Assembly: GCA_021774335.1 (NCBI GenBank)
Contig: JAJFJD010000047.1
Span: 3,321-67,320, forward strand
Source of the DNA: Alphaproteobacteria bacterium
GTDB lineage: Bacteria; Pseudomonadota; Alphaproteobacteria; UBA8366
Reading direction: 5' to 3'
Length of the DNA: 64,000 nucleotides
The stretch's first letter is position 1. Each line of letters starts with the position of its first letter. The notes beneath the pieces are model-generated. The model made no database searches, was not told the DNA's origin, and saw only the letters and a program-made list of their open reading frames with translations. Below are positions 37,663 through 47,243 of the stretch, piece after piece. Position numbers and translations under genes: made by a program.

Positions 37663-38685
37663 ATGGCGGACATGCAATTCGGTTTGATGATGCGGGCGCA
37701 ATTCCCCAAGGAAGACGATATGCAGGAACGCTTCCGGGAATTGATGGAACAGGCGCGCCTTGCCGATAAACTGGGTTTTGCCAGTATTACCAACGGTATG
37801 CATTATAGTAGCGCGCCCTTCCAGGACTTTCAGCAGCTCCCCTTTCTGGCTCGCGTGATGGCCGAAGCGCCGAACCTGCGGCTCAATTTCGGCATTATCC
37901 TGCTCTCGCTGATGAAGCCGATCGACGTTGCCGAGTATCTCGCCACCGTCGACGTGATGAGCGGCGGCAAGGTCATCTTCGGCGCGGCGCTCGGCTACCG
38001 CGAGGTCGAGTTCCTCGCCTTCGGCACGACGCAGCGGGAGAGGGTCAAACGGTTCGAGGAAAACCTGGAGGCGATCAAGCGGCTGTGGACCGAAGAGACG
38101 GTCGATATGGTCGGTTCGCATTTCGAGTTGAAGGGCGCGTCGCTTGGCACCAAACCGATTCAAAAGCCGAATCCGCCAATCTGGATCGGCGCCAACGCGG
38201 ACCCGGCGATCGAGCGCGCGGCGCGGATCGGCGATTGCTGGTATGTGAATCCGCACAACCGGATCGACACGATCATCCGCCAGACCGAGCTCTACCGGAA
38301 GGCGCTCGACGCGTGCGGCAAACCTTTCCCGGCGGAGTTTCCGGCGCGCCGCGAGGTCTTCGTCGCCAAGACGCGCGAGGAAGCGATGCGGCTATGCAAG
38401 CCCTTCCTGGCGACGAAATACGAGGCCTATCATCAATGGGGTCAGGACAAGGCGATGCCCGAGGGTGACGATGATCTGGGGCTCGATTTCGACGATCTGG
38501 TCCGCGATCGTTTCCTCGTCGGGTCGCCCGACGAAGTGGCGGAACAGATGATCCGCCTCAACAAGAAAACCGGCATCAACCATCTGATCATGAGCGTCCA
38601 ATGGCCCGGTATGCCGCAAAGCATGGTGGTCGACGTCATGAACATGTTGTCGGAAGAGGTGTTCCCGAAGGTCCGCCAGGGCTAG
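37663..38685 (+). CDS. LLM-class (luciferase-like) oxidoreductase 1, possibly F420-dependent
   Basis: KPIDVAE, LGYREVEF, PPIWIGANAD, WGQDKAMP, VGSPDEVAE; ATG 37663 after AAGGA. Confidence 0.88.
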   Translation: MADMQFGLMMRAQFPKEDDMQERFRELMEQARLADKLGFASITNGMHYSSAPFQDFQQLPFLARVMAEAPNLRLNFGIILLSLMKPIDVAEYLATVDVMSGGKVIFGAALGYREVEFLAFGTTQRERVKRFEENLEAIKRLWTEETVDMVGSHFELKGASLGTKPIQKPNPPIWIGANADPAIERAARIGDCWYVNPHNRIDTIIRQTELYRKALDACGKPFPAEFPARREVFVAKTREEAMRLCKPFLATKYEAYHQWGQDKAMPEGDDDLGLDFDDLVRDRFLVGSPDEVAEQMIRLNKKTGINHLIMSVQWPGMPQSMVVDVMNMLSEEVFPKVRQG

Positions 38686-38724
38686 CGCGGGGCGCGGTCG
38701 CCAAAAGCAAAGGAACAGTCGAAA

Positions 38725-39750
38725 ATGGCCAGCATGCAATTCGGCGTGATGTTGCGCGGCGTTTTTCCACAGGGCGAAGACATGCGGGCGCGGTTCGCGG
38801 AACTGATGGAACAGGCCCGTCTAATGGATAGCCTGGGGTACGATTCGCTTACCAAGGGATCGCACTACGCCACCTATCCGATGCACGAGATGGTGCAGCT
38901 TCCTTTCCTGTCGCGGGTGATGGCGGAAGCGCCGAGCCTGCGGCTCAACGCCGGCGTGGTTTTGCTGGCCCTGCACAAGCCGCTCGATGTGGCCGAACAG
39001 TTCGCCACCATGGATCTGATGTCCGGCGGCAAGATGATTTTCGGCTGCGCCCTCGGCTATCGCGACGTCGAATACAAGGGATTCGGGGTGCCACGCAAAG
39101 GCGGCGTCCGCCGCTTCGAGGAAAACCTGGAAGCGGTGCGCAAGCTCTGGACCGAGGAGCCGGTCTCGATGGTCGGCTCGCATTTCGAACTGGACGAAGC
39201 CCGCATCTCGGTGCCGTTGGTGCAGAAGGGCGGGCCGCCGGTCTGGATCGGCGCGAATGCCGACCCGGCGATCGAACGCGCGGCCCGGCTCGGCGATTGC
39301 TGGTATGTGAACCCGCATCAACGGCTCGACACGCTGACCCGGCAGCTCGACATCTATAAGCGCGCACTCGACGAGCATGACAAACCGTTCCCCGCCGAGT
39401 TCCCGATCCGGCGCGAGGTGTTCTGCGCCCCGACTCACGACGAAGCGGTGCGCGTCGCCGGGCCGCATCTCAAGGCGATGTACGAGGCTTATGAGGAATG
39501 GGGTCAGGACAAGGTGATGCCGGCCGACGACAACGACATCAGCCAGCGCTACGAGGAACTCGCGCGGGATCGCTTCATCGTTGGCAGTCCGGACGAGGTC
39601 GCCGAGGAAATGCTGCGCTATCACCGTACACTCGGCGTCAATCACATCATCATGAGCGTGCAGGGTACGGGCCTGCCGCAAAGCGCCACGCTCGACACGC
39701 TCGAACTGATGGCGAAGGAAGTATTCCCCAAGGTTCGCCAGGGAATGTAG
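38725..39750 (+). CDS. LLM-class oxidoreductase 2, possibly F420-dependent
   Basis: HKPLDVAEQ, LGYRDVEY, PPVWIGANAD, WGQDKVMP. Confidence 0.88.
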   Translation: MASMQFGVMLRGVFPQGEDMRARFAELMEQARLMDSLGYDSLTKGSHYATYPMHEMVQLPFLSRVMAEAPSLRLNAGVVLLALHKPLDVAEQFATMDLMSGGKMIFGCALGYRDVEYKGFGVPRKGGVRRFEENLEAVRKLWTEEPVSMVGSHFELDEARISVPLVQKGGPPVWIGANADPAIERAARLGDCWYVNPHQRLDTLTRQLDIYKRALDEHDKPFPAEFPIRREVFCAPTHDEAVRVAGPHLKAMYEAYEEWGQDKVMPADDNDISQRYEELARDRFIVGSPDEVAEEMLRYHRTLGVNHIIMSVQGTGLPQSATLDTLELMAKEVFPKVRQGM

Positions 39751-39775
39751 CGGCAGGGTGCGAGGAGCAAGACCG

Positions 39776-40801
39776 ATGACGGCGTTTCAATTCGGATTTA
39801 TGACGCGGGCGCAATACCGGCGCGACGAAGATATTCCCGCCCGGTTCACCGAGTTGATGGAACAGGTCAGGCTCGCCGAGAAGCTCGGCTTCGTCTCCTT
39901 CGTGAAGGGCCAGCATTTCAGCAGCGATCCCTTCTACGAGTTTCAGCAGATGCCGCTGCTCGCCCGCGCCATGGCGGAAGCCCCGAGCTTGCGCCTGGTG
40001 ACCGGGGTTAGCCTGCTGACGTTGCACAAACCGCTGGATATTGCCGAGCAGATGGCCACGCTGGACCTGATGTCGGGCGGCAAGGCGGTCTTCGGCTGTG
40101 CGCTTGGCTACCGCGATGTGGAATACAAGGCCTTCGGCGTTAAACGCGGCGAAGGCGGCAAACGGTTCGAAGAGAATCTCGAAGCGATCAAGCAGCTGTT
40201 CACCGGTGGGCCGGTCACGATGAAGGGCTCGCATTTCGAGTTGGACGAAGCGCGCCTCTCGGTGCCGCTGATGCGGGAGGGCGGGCCGCCGATCTGGATC
40301 GGGGCCAATGCCGACGTGGCGATCCAACGCGCGGCCCGAATGGGCGACTGCTGGTACATCAGCGCGCATCACCGGCTCGACACGCTGGAGCGTCAGATCG
40401 ATCTCTACAAGCGGGAACTCGACGCGGTCGGCAAGCCCTTCCCGGCGGAAATGCCGTTCCGGCGCGAAACCTTCGTCGCCGACAGCCGCGAACAGGCGAT
40501 CGAGATGGTGCGGCCGCATCTCGGGCTCAAATACAATGCCTACCATCAATGGGGCCAGGACAAGGTCATGCCGAAAGGCGATGACGACCTGGGCCAGGAT
40601 TTCGACGACCTGATGCGCAATCGCTTCATCCTGGGCTCATCGGATGAGGTGGCCGAGGAAATCATTGAGTGCCACCGCAGGCTCGGCGTGAACCACATGA
40701 TCGTGTCCCTGCAATGGCCCGGCATGCCGCAAAGCATGACCCTTGAAGCGATGCATCGCTTCGCCGAGGAAGTCTTCCCCAGGGTGCGCGCCGGCATTTG
40801 A
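39776..40801 (+). CDS. LLM-class oxidoreductase 3, possibly F420-dependent
   Basis: HKPLDIAEQ, LGYRDVEY, PPIWIGANAD, WGQDKVMP; ATG 39776 after GAGGAG. Confidence 0.88.
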   Translation: MTAFQFGFMTRAQYRRDEDIPARFTELMEQVRLAEKLGFVSFVKGQHFSSDPFYEFQQMPLLARAMAEAPSLRLVTGVSLLTLHKPLDIAEQMATLDLMSGGKAVFGCALGYRDVEYKAFGVKRGEGGKRFEENLEAIKQLFTGGPVTMKGSHFELDEARLSVPLMREGGPPIWIGANADVAIQRAARMGDCWYISAHHRLDTLERQIDLYKRELDAVGKPFPAEMPFRRETFVADSREQAIEMVRPHLGLKYNAYHQWGQDKVMPKGDDDLGQDFDDLMRNRFILGSSDEVAEEIIECHRRLGVNHMIVSLQWPGMPQSMTLEAMHRFAEEVFPRVRAGI

Positions 40802-40828
40802 TAATAACGCGATGAGCCGAAGGAGATA

Positions 40829-41866
40829 ATGGTGAACGCCGACAGCAAAATGAAATATGGCATCATCATGCGGACGCAATACCCGCAGGGCGAAGACATG
40901 GTGCGCCGGACCGAGGACCAGATGGAGCAGGCGCGGCTTGCCGATAAACTCGGCTTCGACAGCCTGCTCAAGAGCCAGCATCTCGCCGGTTACCCGCTGC
41001 AGGAATTCCAGCAGGTGCCGTTCCTCGCCCGCGCCATGGCGGAGGCGCCCAACATGCGCCTGCTGACGGGCGTCATGCTTTTGTCGCTGCACAAGCCGCT
41101 CGACATCGCCGAGCAGTTGGCGACCCTCGACGTCATGTCCGGCGGGCGTTTGATCTTCGGCGTCGGGCTTGGGTACCGCGAGGTCGAGTTCAAGGCCTTC
41201 GGCACGACCCAGAAAGAGCGCGTGCCGCGCTTCATGGAGAATTTGGAAGCGATCAGGCGGCTCTGGACCGAGGACGAAGTATCGATGGTCGGCTCGCATT
41301 TCGAGCTCGACAAGGTTCGAGTCTCGTTGAAACCCGCGCAGAAACCGACGCCGCCGGTCTGGATCGGCGCCAATGCCGACGCCGCGATCCGCCGGGCCGC
41401 CAAGGTCGCCGATTCCTGGTTCATCAATCCGCACCAGAAGATGGAAACCATCGCCCGGCAGGTCGAGGTGTACCGGCGCGCGCTGGACGAGGCGGATAAG
41501 CCCTTCCCGGATGAACTGCCGCTGGCGCGCGAAATTTTCATCGCGCCCAGCAAGCAGGAAGCGATCGACCGCTGCGGCCCCTATCTGGCCGAGAAATACA
41601 AGGTCTATCACCAATGGGGCCAGGACAAGGCGATGCCGGACGACGACAACGACCTGTCCATGGCGCTGGAGGAACTACAGGAAGACCGGTTCCTTTTGGG
41701 GCCGGCGGACCAGATCGCCGAGGCACTCATTCAGTACAACCGGCAACTCGGTGTGAACCATATGGTGCTCGGATTCCACTGGGTCGGGATGCCGCAGGAG
41801 ATCGCCTTGGATCAGATGCGAATGTTCGCCGAGGACGTCATGCCCAAGGTCGAACAAGGCCTCTAG
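40829..41866 (+). CDS. LLM-class oxidoreductase 4, possibly F420-dependent
   Basis: HKPLDIAEQ, LGYREVEF, PPVWIGANAD, WGQDKAMP. Confidence 0.88.
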   Translation: MVNADSKMKYGIIMRTQYPQGEDMVRRTEDQMEQARLADKLGFDSLLKSQHLAGYPLQEFQQVPFLARAMAEAPNMRLLTGVMLLSLHKPLDIAEQLATLDVMSGGRLIFGVGLGYREVEFKAFGTTQKERVPRFMENLEAIRRLWTEDEVSMVGSHFELDKVRVSLKPAQKPTPPVWIGANADAAIRRAAKVADSWFINPHQKMETIARQVEVYRRALDEADKPFPDELPLAREIFIAPSKQEAIDRCGPYLAEKYKVYHQWGQDKAMPDDDNDLSMALEELQEDRFLLGPADQIAEALIQYNRQLGVNHMVLGFHWVGMPQEIALDQMRMFAEDVMPKVEQGL

Positions 41867-41957
41867 GAATCGCGTGGGGCCGAAATTTGGCGGCGCGCGG
41901 GCAGACGGGGTAGGCTCGCGGAAAGATCGACAACCCAGAGACGTGGAGGCAGGCTAG

Positions 41958-42974
41958 ATGAAATACGGATTCTTCATCCGTGGGCAGTACCGGCAGGGCG
42001 ACGACATGGTCGCGCGGTTCAATGAGTTGGTGGAGCAGGCGCGGCTCGCCGATGAACTCGGGTTCTCAGACCTGATCAGTGGCATGCACTATGCCGGTTA
42101 TCCGCTCAGCCAGTTCCAGCTTCTGCCATTCCTGTCGCGGATCATGGGCGAAGTGCCCAACATGCGCATCATTACCGGCATCATCCTGCTGTCGCTGCAC
42201 AAGCCGCTCGACATCGCCGAGCAGTTGGCGACGATCGACGTCATGTCGAACGGTCGGCTGGTGTTCGGCGCCGGGCTTGGCTACCGCGAAGTCGAGTTCC
42301 GCGGATTCGGCACCACGCCGAAGGATCGGGTGCCCCGGCTGATCGAGAACCTGGAAGCGATCAAGCGGCTCTGGACGGAAGAGCATGTCAACATGAAGGG
42401 GTCGCATTTCGATCTGGTCGACTGCACGCTGTCGCTCAAACCCGTGCAGAAACCGATGCCGCCGATCTGGTTTGGTGCGAATGCCGACGGCGCGGTGCGC
42501 CGGACGGCGAAGCTCGCGGATACTTGGTTCATCAATCCACATCAGCGGATGGACACGATCGAACGCCAACTCGACGTCTACAAAACGGCGCTGGATGAAT
42601 ACGGAAAGCCGTTTCCGACCGAGCTGCCGTTGATGCGAGAGATTTTTGTCGCCGGCTCGCGCGAGGAAGCGACGCGTCTTGCCCGGCCCTATCTCGAGGA
42701 GAAATACAAGGTCTACCACGAGTGGGGACAGGACAAGGCGATGCCCAAGGGCGACGACGACTTGAATCTGGACTTCGATGAATTGACCCGCGACCGCTTT
42801 CTGTTCGGGTCACCAGATGAGGTTGCCGAGCAGATCATCGGCTATGAGAAGAAATTCGGCGTGACCCATATGGTGCTCGGGCTGCACTGGGTCGGCATGC
42901 CGCACAGCCAGGTGACGGACAGCATGCGTCTGTTCGCCGAGGAAGTGATGCCGAGGGTGAAGCAGGGCCTCTAA
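41958..42974 (+). CDS. LLM-class oxidoreductase 5, possibly F420-dependent
   Basis: HKPLDIAEQ, LGYREVEF, PPIWFGANAD, WGQDKAMP. Confidence 0.88.
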   Translation: MKYGFFIRGQYRQGDDMVARFNELVEQARLADELGFSDLISGMHYAGYPLSQFQLLPFLSRIMGEVPNMRIITGIILLSLHKPLDIAEQLATIDVMSNGRLVFGAGLGYREVEFRGFGTTPKDRVPRLIENLEAIKRLWTEEHVNMKGSHFDLVDCTLSLKPVQKPMPPIWFGANADGAVRRTAKLADTWFINPHQRMDTIERQLDVYKTALDEYGKPFPTELPLMREIFVAGSREEATRLARPYLEEKYKVYHEWGQDKAMPKGDDDLNLDFDELTRDRFLFGSPDEVAEQIIGYEKKFGVTHMVLGLHWVGMPHSQVTDSMRLFAEEVMPRVKQGL

Positions 42975-42989
42975 CGGGAGGCGCGGCGC

Positions 42990-44048
42990 TCAGAACCGGA
43001 CCGACAAGGCGGCCGAGCCGAAGCTGTTGAAGCCTTCCTGGCCGTCGAATTCCGCCGAACGAAAGACCTGGGTGAAGGCCAGCCGGGCGCGCAGAAATGT
43101 GACGGCAAAGCCCATCTGTATGTCGCCGACAAAGTATTTTTTGTCGACGCTGCGGCTATCGCGGAAGGTATTGCCGTCGAGGAAGATATTGCGGCCGATC
43201 ACCCGTCCTTCGGCCCCGGCGAACAGGTACCAGCCGAAGCTATCGTCGGGGACGAAGAAATCGGACCCCGGCAGATTCGGCCGAATCTTCGGGGGTCCGA
43301 AATCGTTCGGCAGGTCATCACCGAAGCGAACGGTGAATCCGGCGGCGCCATGCGTGAAGACGTTGCCCAGCGCACCGCCGATATGCGGCGTGAAATCCAC
43401 GCCGAGGTTTTCGATCGGAATGACGTCGTGCAACGGCAATTCATGGAACTGGCGGAAGCTACGCTCGTAGAACAACGTTGCGCCAGGCTCGGTTTTAAGC
43501 TGGGTGTTCCAGCCCCTAGGCTCGGTGATGCCGATAAGTTTATGCCACTTGGTCTGAACCTCGTTCGCCAACGAGTAAGGGCCGACCACGCCGATATCGA
43601 GTTCGAGCTTGTCCAGCACCGACCCGTTTTCCGCGACCAATCCAATGCCCGCGAACAACCATCCGGCATAGGGCCGGTCGTCCCGCGGCGGGTCGGTCAG
43701 GCTGATGTCCTCCGGCGTGTAGATGTTCTGACCCACCGAAAAACTCATCCGCATGCGCCGAGTGGCCTTGAAGAACGGAACGAAAGAGGCTGCATCCCGG
43801 ATGAAGCGGGGCGCACCGCCCTCTTGCGACAGCCAGGCGGCGCGCATGCCGTTGGTGAAATGCCGGTCCGTGCCGCCGAACATATCGTTGTCGAACTGCA
43901 GCGTGATGTATTGGCTTTGATCGAGCGGTTTGTCGATTGCGTGTGCGGCGCCGGCCCACAGGCCTGTTGCGCTGGCCGCGATAAGACCGGCGAAAACACC
44001 CTGCCGAACGGATTTTTGGTCACCGAAAAGATCTAAAAAATTCGTCAT
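42990..44048 (-). CDS. Lipid A deacylase LpxR-family outer-membrane protein
   Basis: DNDMF..TDRHFTNG, GQNIYTP, DRPYAGWL, VQTKWH, GWNTQL, NIFLDGN, C-terminal Phe. Confidence 0.85.
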   Translation of the reverse strand: MTNFLDLFGDQKSVRQGVFAGLIAASATGLWAGAAHAIDKPLDQSQYITLQFDNDMFGGTDRHFTNGMRAAWLSQEGGAPRFIRDAASFVPFFKATRRMRMSFSVGQNIYTPEDISLTDPPRDDRPYAGWLFAGIGLVAENGSVLDKLELDIGVVGPYSLANEVQTKWHKLIGITEPRGWNTQLKTEPGATLFYERSFRQFHELPLHDVIPIENLGVDFTPHIGGALGNVFTHGAAGFTVRFGDDLPNDFGPPKIRPNLPGSDFFVPDDSFGWYLFAGAEGRVIGRNIFLDGNTFRDSRSVDKKYFVGDIQMGFAVTFLRARLAFTQVFRSAEFDGQEGFNSFGSAALSVRF

Positions 44049-44057
44049 CTGTAAATT

Positions 44058-46493
44058 CTAATCCGCTGCATCTAATCCGGGCCGGACGAGGGATTTCGGG
44101 CCCGCCGACGGTGGGCGTTCGTAGCGTAGCGCGCGCGGTAATTGTACCGGGTCTAGTGTCGCAGCCCCATAGGCGGCGTCCCGCCGGTCTTGCGGTACGT
44201 CGCCGTACAGGGTGGTCCGTTGTTTCGGCGTCCGGTCCAGTGCTTGAATAATTTGGTCCATGGACTCCGGCGGCATTTCCTCGCCGTGCGATGCGCCGGC
44301 GGCACGGGTAATCGTCTCGTTCATCAGCGTGCCGCCCAGGTCGTTCGCCCCGGCGTTGAGGCAGGCGTGCACACCGTCAGGTCCCATTTTGACCCAGGAC
44401 GCCTGGATATTGGTGAAATGGGGATGCAGCGCCAGCCGTGCAACCGCATGCATCAGCACAGCCTCGCGGAAGGTCGGCCCGCGCCGCGCGCGTCCTTTCA
44501 GGTAGATCGGCGCTTCCATCGGCACGAAGGGCAGCGGCACGAACTCGGTGAAGCCGCCGGTGCGTTTCTGCAGATCGCGCAGGCGCAGCAGATGGCGCGC
44601 CCAATGCACCGGCCGGTCGACATGCCCGAACATGATCGTCGCCGTGCTGCGCAGCCCGGCCACATGCGCTTGTTCCATCACCGACAGCCATTGTTCGGTG
44701 TTCACCTTGTCCGGGCAGATGATGTCACGCACCTCGTCGTCGAGAATCTCGGCGGCAGTGCCGGGCAGTGATCCAAGGCCGGCATCTTTGAGTTGCGCCA
44801 GAAAATCGCTGACGGAAATTCCGAGCGTCGCAGCACCTTGCCAGACTTCCAACGGTGTAAAGGCATGCAGATGCATGTCCGGCAGCACCGACTTCAGGCG
44901 GTGGCAGATGTCGAGATAGGTCTCGCCGGTATAGTCCGGGTGGATGCCGCCCTGCATACAGAGTTCGGTGGCGCCCCGGTCCCAGGCTTCGCGGCCGCGA
45001 CGCTCGACCTCGTCGAGACCCAGGTCATAGGGCTTGCCGCGCAGGTTCTCGCTGAGCTTGCCTTTCGAGAAGGCGCAGAACTGGCAACGGAAATAGCACA
45101 CGTTCGTGTAGTTGATGTTGCGGTTCACCGTGTAGGTGACCGTGTCGCCGACCGTCTCACGCCGTACGGTATCGGCGGCGGCGCAGACCTCGGCGACCTC
45201 GCCGCCGCGCGCCTGGAACAGCCGAACGATCTCCGCCTCGCTGAGGTCGCTGCCCGCGCGTGCCTTGTCCAGAATATGGGTCAGTGCATCGGTCTGTACC
45301 GCTTCCTCATAAGGATGGAACAGCGGCGGCGGCGTCTCGGTGCTGCCGGGGCTCCAGTCTTCGGCGCGTGCGAAGCCGTCGGAATCGATGGCCCGCAATA
45401 CCGGCGTATGGAATGCCGCGTCGAGCCACCGGTCGGGCGCGCGGGCGTAGTCGGGATAGATCGCAAGTCGCTCGATCAATGTCTTGCCGGCGGCGCCAGT
45501 CTCGCGCGCCAGCGCGTCGAGATGCGGCCACGGCGCTTCCGGATTGACGTGGTCAGGCGTCACCGGGGACACCCCGCCCCAATCGTTGATCCCCGCGTCG
45601 ATCAGCGGGCGCAGGGCACCCGGGCTCAGGTTCGGCGGCGCTTGAATGTTCATTTCCGGGCCGAAGATCAGCCGGGCGACTGCCAGCGTCCAGGTCAGGT
45701 CGTCCGCGTCCGGTTCGGGCGCCTCGGCCATCTTGGTGTCCGGCTTAGCGCGGAAATTCTGGATGATGATTTCCTGGATATGGCCGTGTCGGTCGTGCAG
45801 ATCGCGCAGCGCCAACAGCGACTCGATCCGTTCGCGCCGCGTCTCGCCAATGCCGATCAGGATGCCCGAGGTGAAGGGGACGCCGAGCGCGCCGGCGATA
45901 TCGATGCACTCGAGCCGGACCGAAGGCTCCTTGTCCGGTGATCCGTAATGCGGGCCGCCCTTCTCGCACAACCGCGCGCTCGCGCTTTCCAGCATGATAC
46001 CTTGCGAGACGGAGACTTCGCGCAGCCGGGCAATTTCGTCCCGCGTCATGACGCCGGGATTGACGTGCGGCAACAGGCCGGTCTCCTCGAAGACCAAGCG
46101 CGCCATCGCCACGAGGTAGTCGATCGTCGTGGCGTGGCCAAGTTGCGCCAGTTCCTCTCGCGCCACGCGATAGCGTAGTTCCGGCTTGTCGCCGAGGGTG
46201 AACAGCGCTTCCTTGCAACCCGCCGCCGCACCGGCGCGGGCAATGTCGAGCACCTGATCGGCGGTGAGATAAGCTGCTTCGCCCGGGCGTGGCGGATGCG
46301 CGAATGTGCAGTAGTGGCAGACGTCGCGGCAGAGCTGTGTCAGCGGGATGAAGACCTTGCGCGAATAGCTGACGGTATTGGCATGCCCTTGCTCGCAAAG
46401 CGCGCCGGCGCGTGCCACCAGCGCGGCCGTATCCCGGTCGTCGGCGAGGGCCAAAGCGGTGGTGCGGTCCATGGGGCGGAAAGTCTCCATCAC
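44058..46493 (-). CDS. fbiC: Bifunctional FO synthase (CofG-CofH fusion)
   Basis: Two radical-SAM CxxxCxxC motifs (CRDVCHYC, CYFRCQFC), DWGGVSPVTPDHVNPE, PGTAAEILDD, GANDLGGTLMNE. Confidence 0.95.
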   Translation of the reverse strand: MMETFRPMDRTTALALADDRDTAALVARAGALCEQGHANTVSYSRKVFIPLTQLCRDVCHYCTFAHPPRPGEAAYLTADQVLDIARAGAAAGCKEALFTLGDKPELRYRVAREELAQLGHATTIDYLVAMARLVFEETGLLPHVNPGVMTRDEIARLREVSVSQGIMLESASARLCEKGGPHYGSPDKEPSVRLECIDIAGALGVPFTSGILIGIGETRRERIESLLALRDLHDRHGHIQEIIIQNFRAKPDTKMAEAPEPDADDLTWTLAVARLIFGPEMNIQAPPNLSPGALRPLIDAGINDWGGVSPVTPDHVNPEAPWPHLDALARETGAAGKTLIERLAIYPDYARAPDRWLDAAFHTPVLRAIDSDGFARAEDWSPGSTETPPPLFHPYEEAVQTDALTHILDKARAGSDLSEAEIVRLFQARGGEVAEVCAAADTVRRETVGDTVTYTVNRNINYTNVCYFRCQFCAFSKGKLSENLRGKPYDLGLDEVERRGREAWDRGATELCMQGGIHPDYTGETYLDICHRLKSVLPDMHLHAFTPLEVWQGAATLGISVSDFLAQLKDAGLGSLPGTAAEILDDEVRDIICPDKVNTEQWLSVMEQAHVAGLRSTATIMFGHVDRPVHWARHLLRLRDLQKRTGGFTEFVPLPFVPMEAPIYLKGRARRGPTFREAVLMHAVARLALHPHFTNIQASWVKMGPDGVHACLNAGANDLGGTLMNETITRAAGASHGEEMPPESMDQIIQALDRTPKQRTTLYGDVPQDRRDAAYGAATLDPVQLPRALRYERPPSAGPKSLVRPGLDAAD

Positions 46494-47164
46494 GCGCCTT
46501 TCGCCGATTCCGTCGCGGCGCGCAGCCGCGCGGCGATCCCACTTGCGTCCAGATAGGCATGCGTTCGCGTTTCTGCCGGGCGGTGGATCAACTGGCGCAG
46601 GTCATCCGGCGTGTCGATGTCGAGGGCAATCCCCGGCAGGTCGACGATGATGGGTTCCACGCCGCGCGCCCGCGCCGCCGCCAAATGCGGTTTGAAACTG
46701 TCATTGCCGAAGCTGAACGGGATCAGGTCCGGTGGCGACAGGGCAATGCAGTTGGAGCCGCGCCGGTCATGGGCCGGAACGATCGTCATCGCCGGGGCGT
46801 CGCCATGCGCGGCCAGGACGGTTTCGATCTCGTCCCGCGTAATCAGCGGCGCGTCGCCGGGAAACGTCATGATGCTCGTGATGCCGCCGTCGATGAGGGT
46901 CGCAACCGCGGCTTCGACCGCGGCGGTCTGTCCCTGATTTTCGGCTTCGGTGATGATGCGGGCGCCGTAGCTCTTGGCGACGGCGGCGGCTTCCTCGTCC
47001 CGGGTGATCACGGCGATGCCGGCCAGTCCCGGCACATCGGTCAGCACCGACAGCACGTCCTCGTACATCGTGCGGAACAGCAGCCGCCGTTCCGGCGGGC
47101 TGAGCGCGTCGGCTAGCCGCTGTTTGGCGTCGACAAGATCCTTGGCCGGCAGCACCGCCCACAT
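46490..47164 (-). CDS. cofC: 2-phospho-L-lactate/PEP guanylyltransferase
   Basis: AVLPAK...AKQRL, PGDAPL, GSNCIAL, FSFGNDSF, LDIDTPDDL; ATG 47164. Confidence 0.92.
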   Translation of the reverse strand: MWAVLPAKDLVDAKQRLADALSPPERRLLFRTMYEDVLSVLTDVPGLAGIAVITRDEEAAAVAKSYGARIITEAENQGQTAAVEAAVATLIDGGITSIMTFPGDAPLITRDEIETVLAAHGDAPAMTIVPAHDRRGSNCIALSPPDLIPFSFGNDSFKPHLAAARARGVEPIIVDLPGIALDIDTPDDLRQLIHRPAETRTHAYLDASGIAARLRAATESAKGA

Positions 47165-47243
47165 ACAATATTTCCTTACTTCGGTGCAGCGTGTTGATGA
47201 GGCTCGGACTATAGCAAAGGGGTGAGATTGCGCGCCAGTCCGC

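Noticed and set aside
37663-42974. LLM array as an assembly artefact or recent amplification
   Set aside because: The copies differ throughout at protein and DNA level and have unrelated spacers, each with its own RBS.
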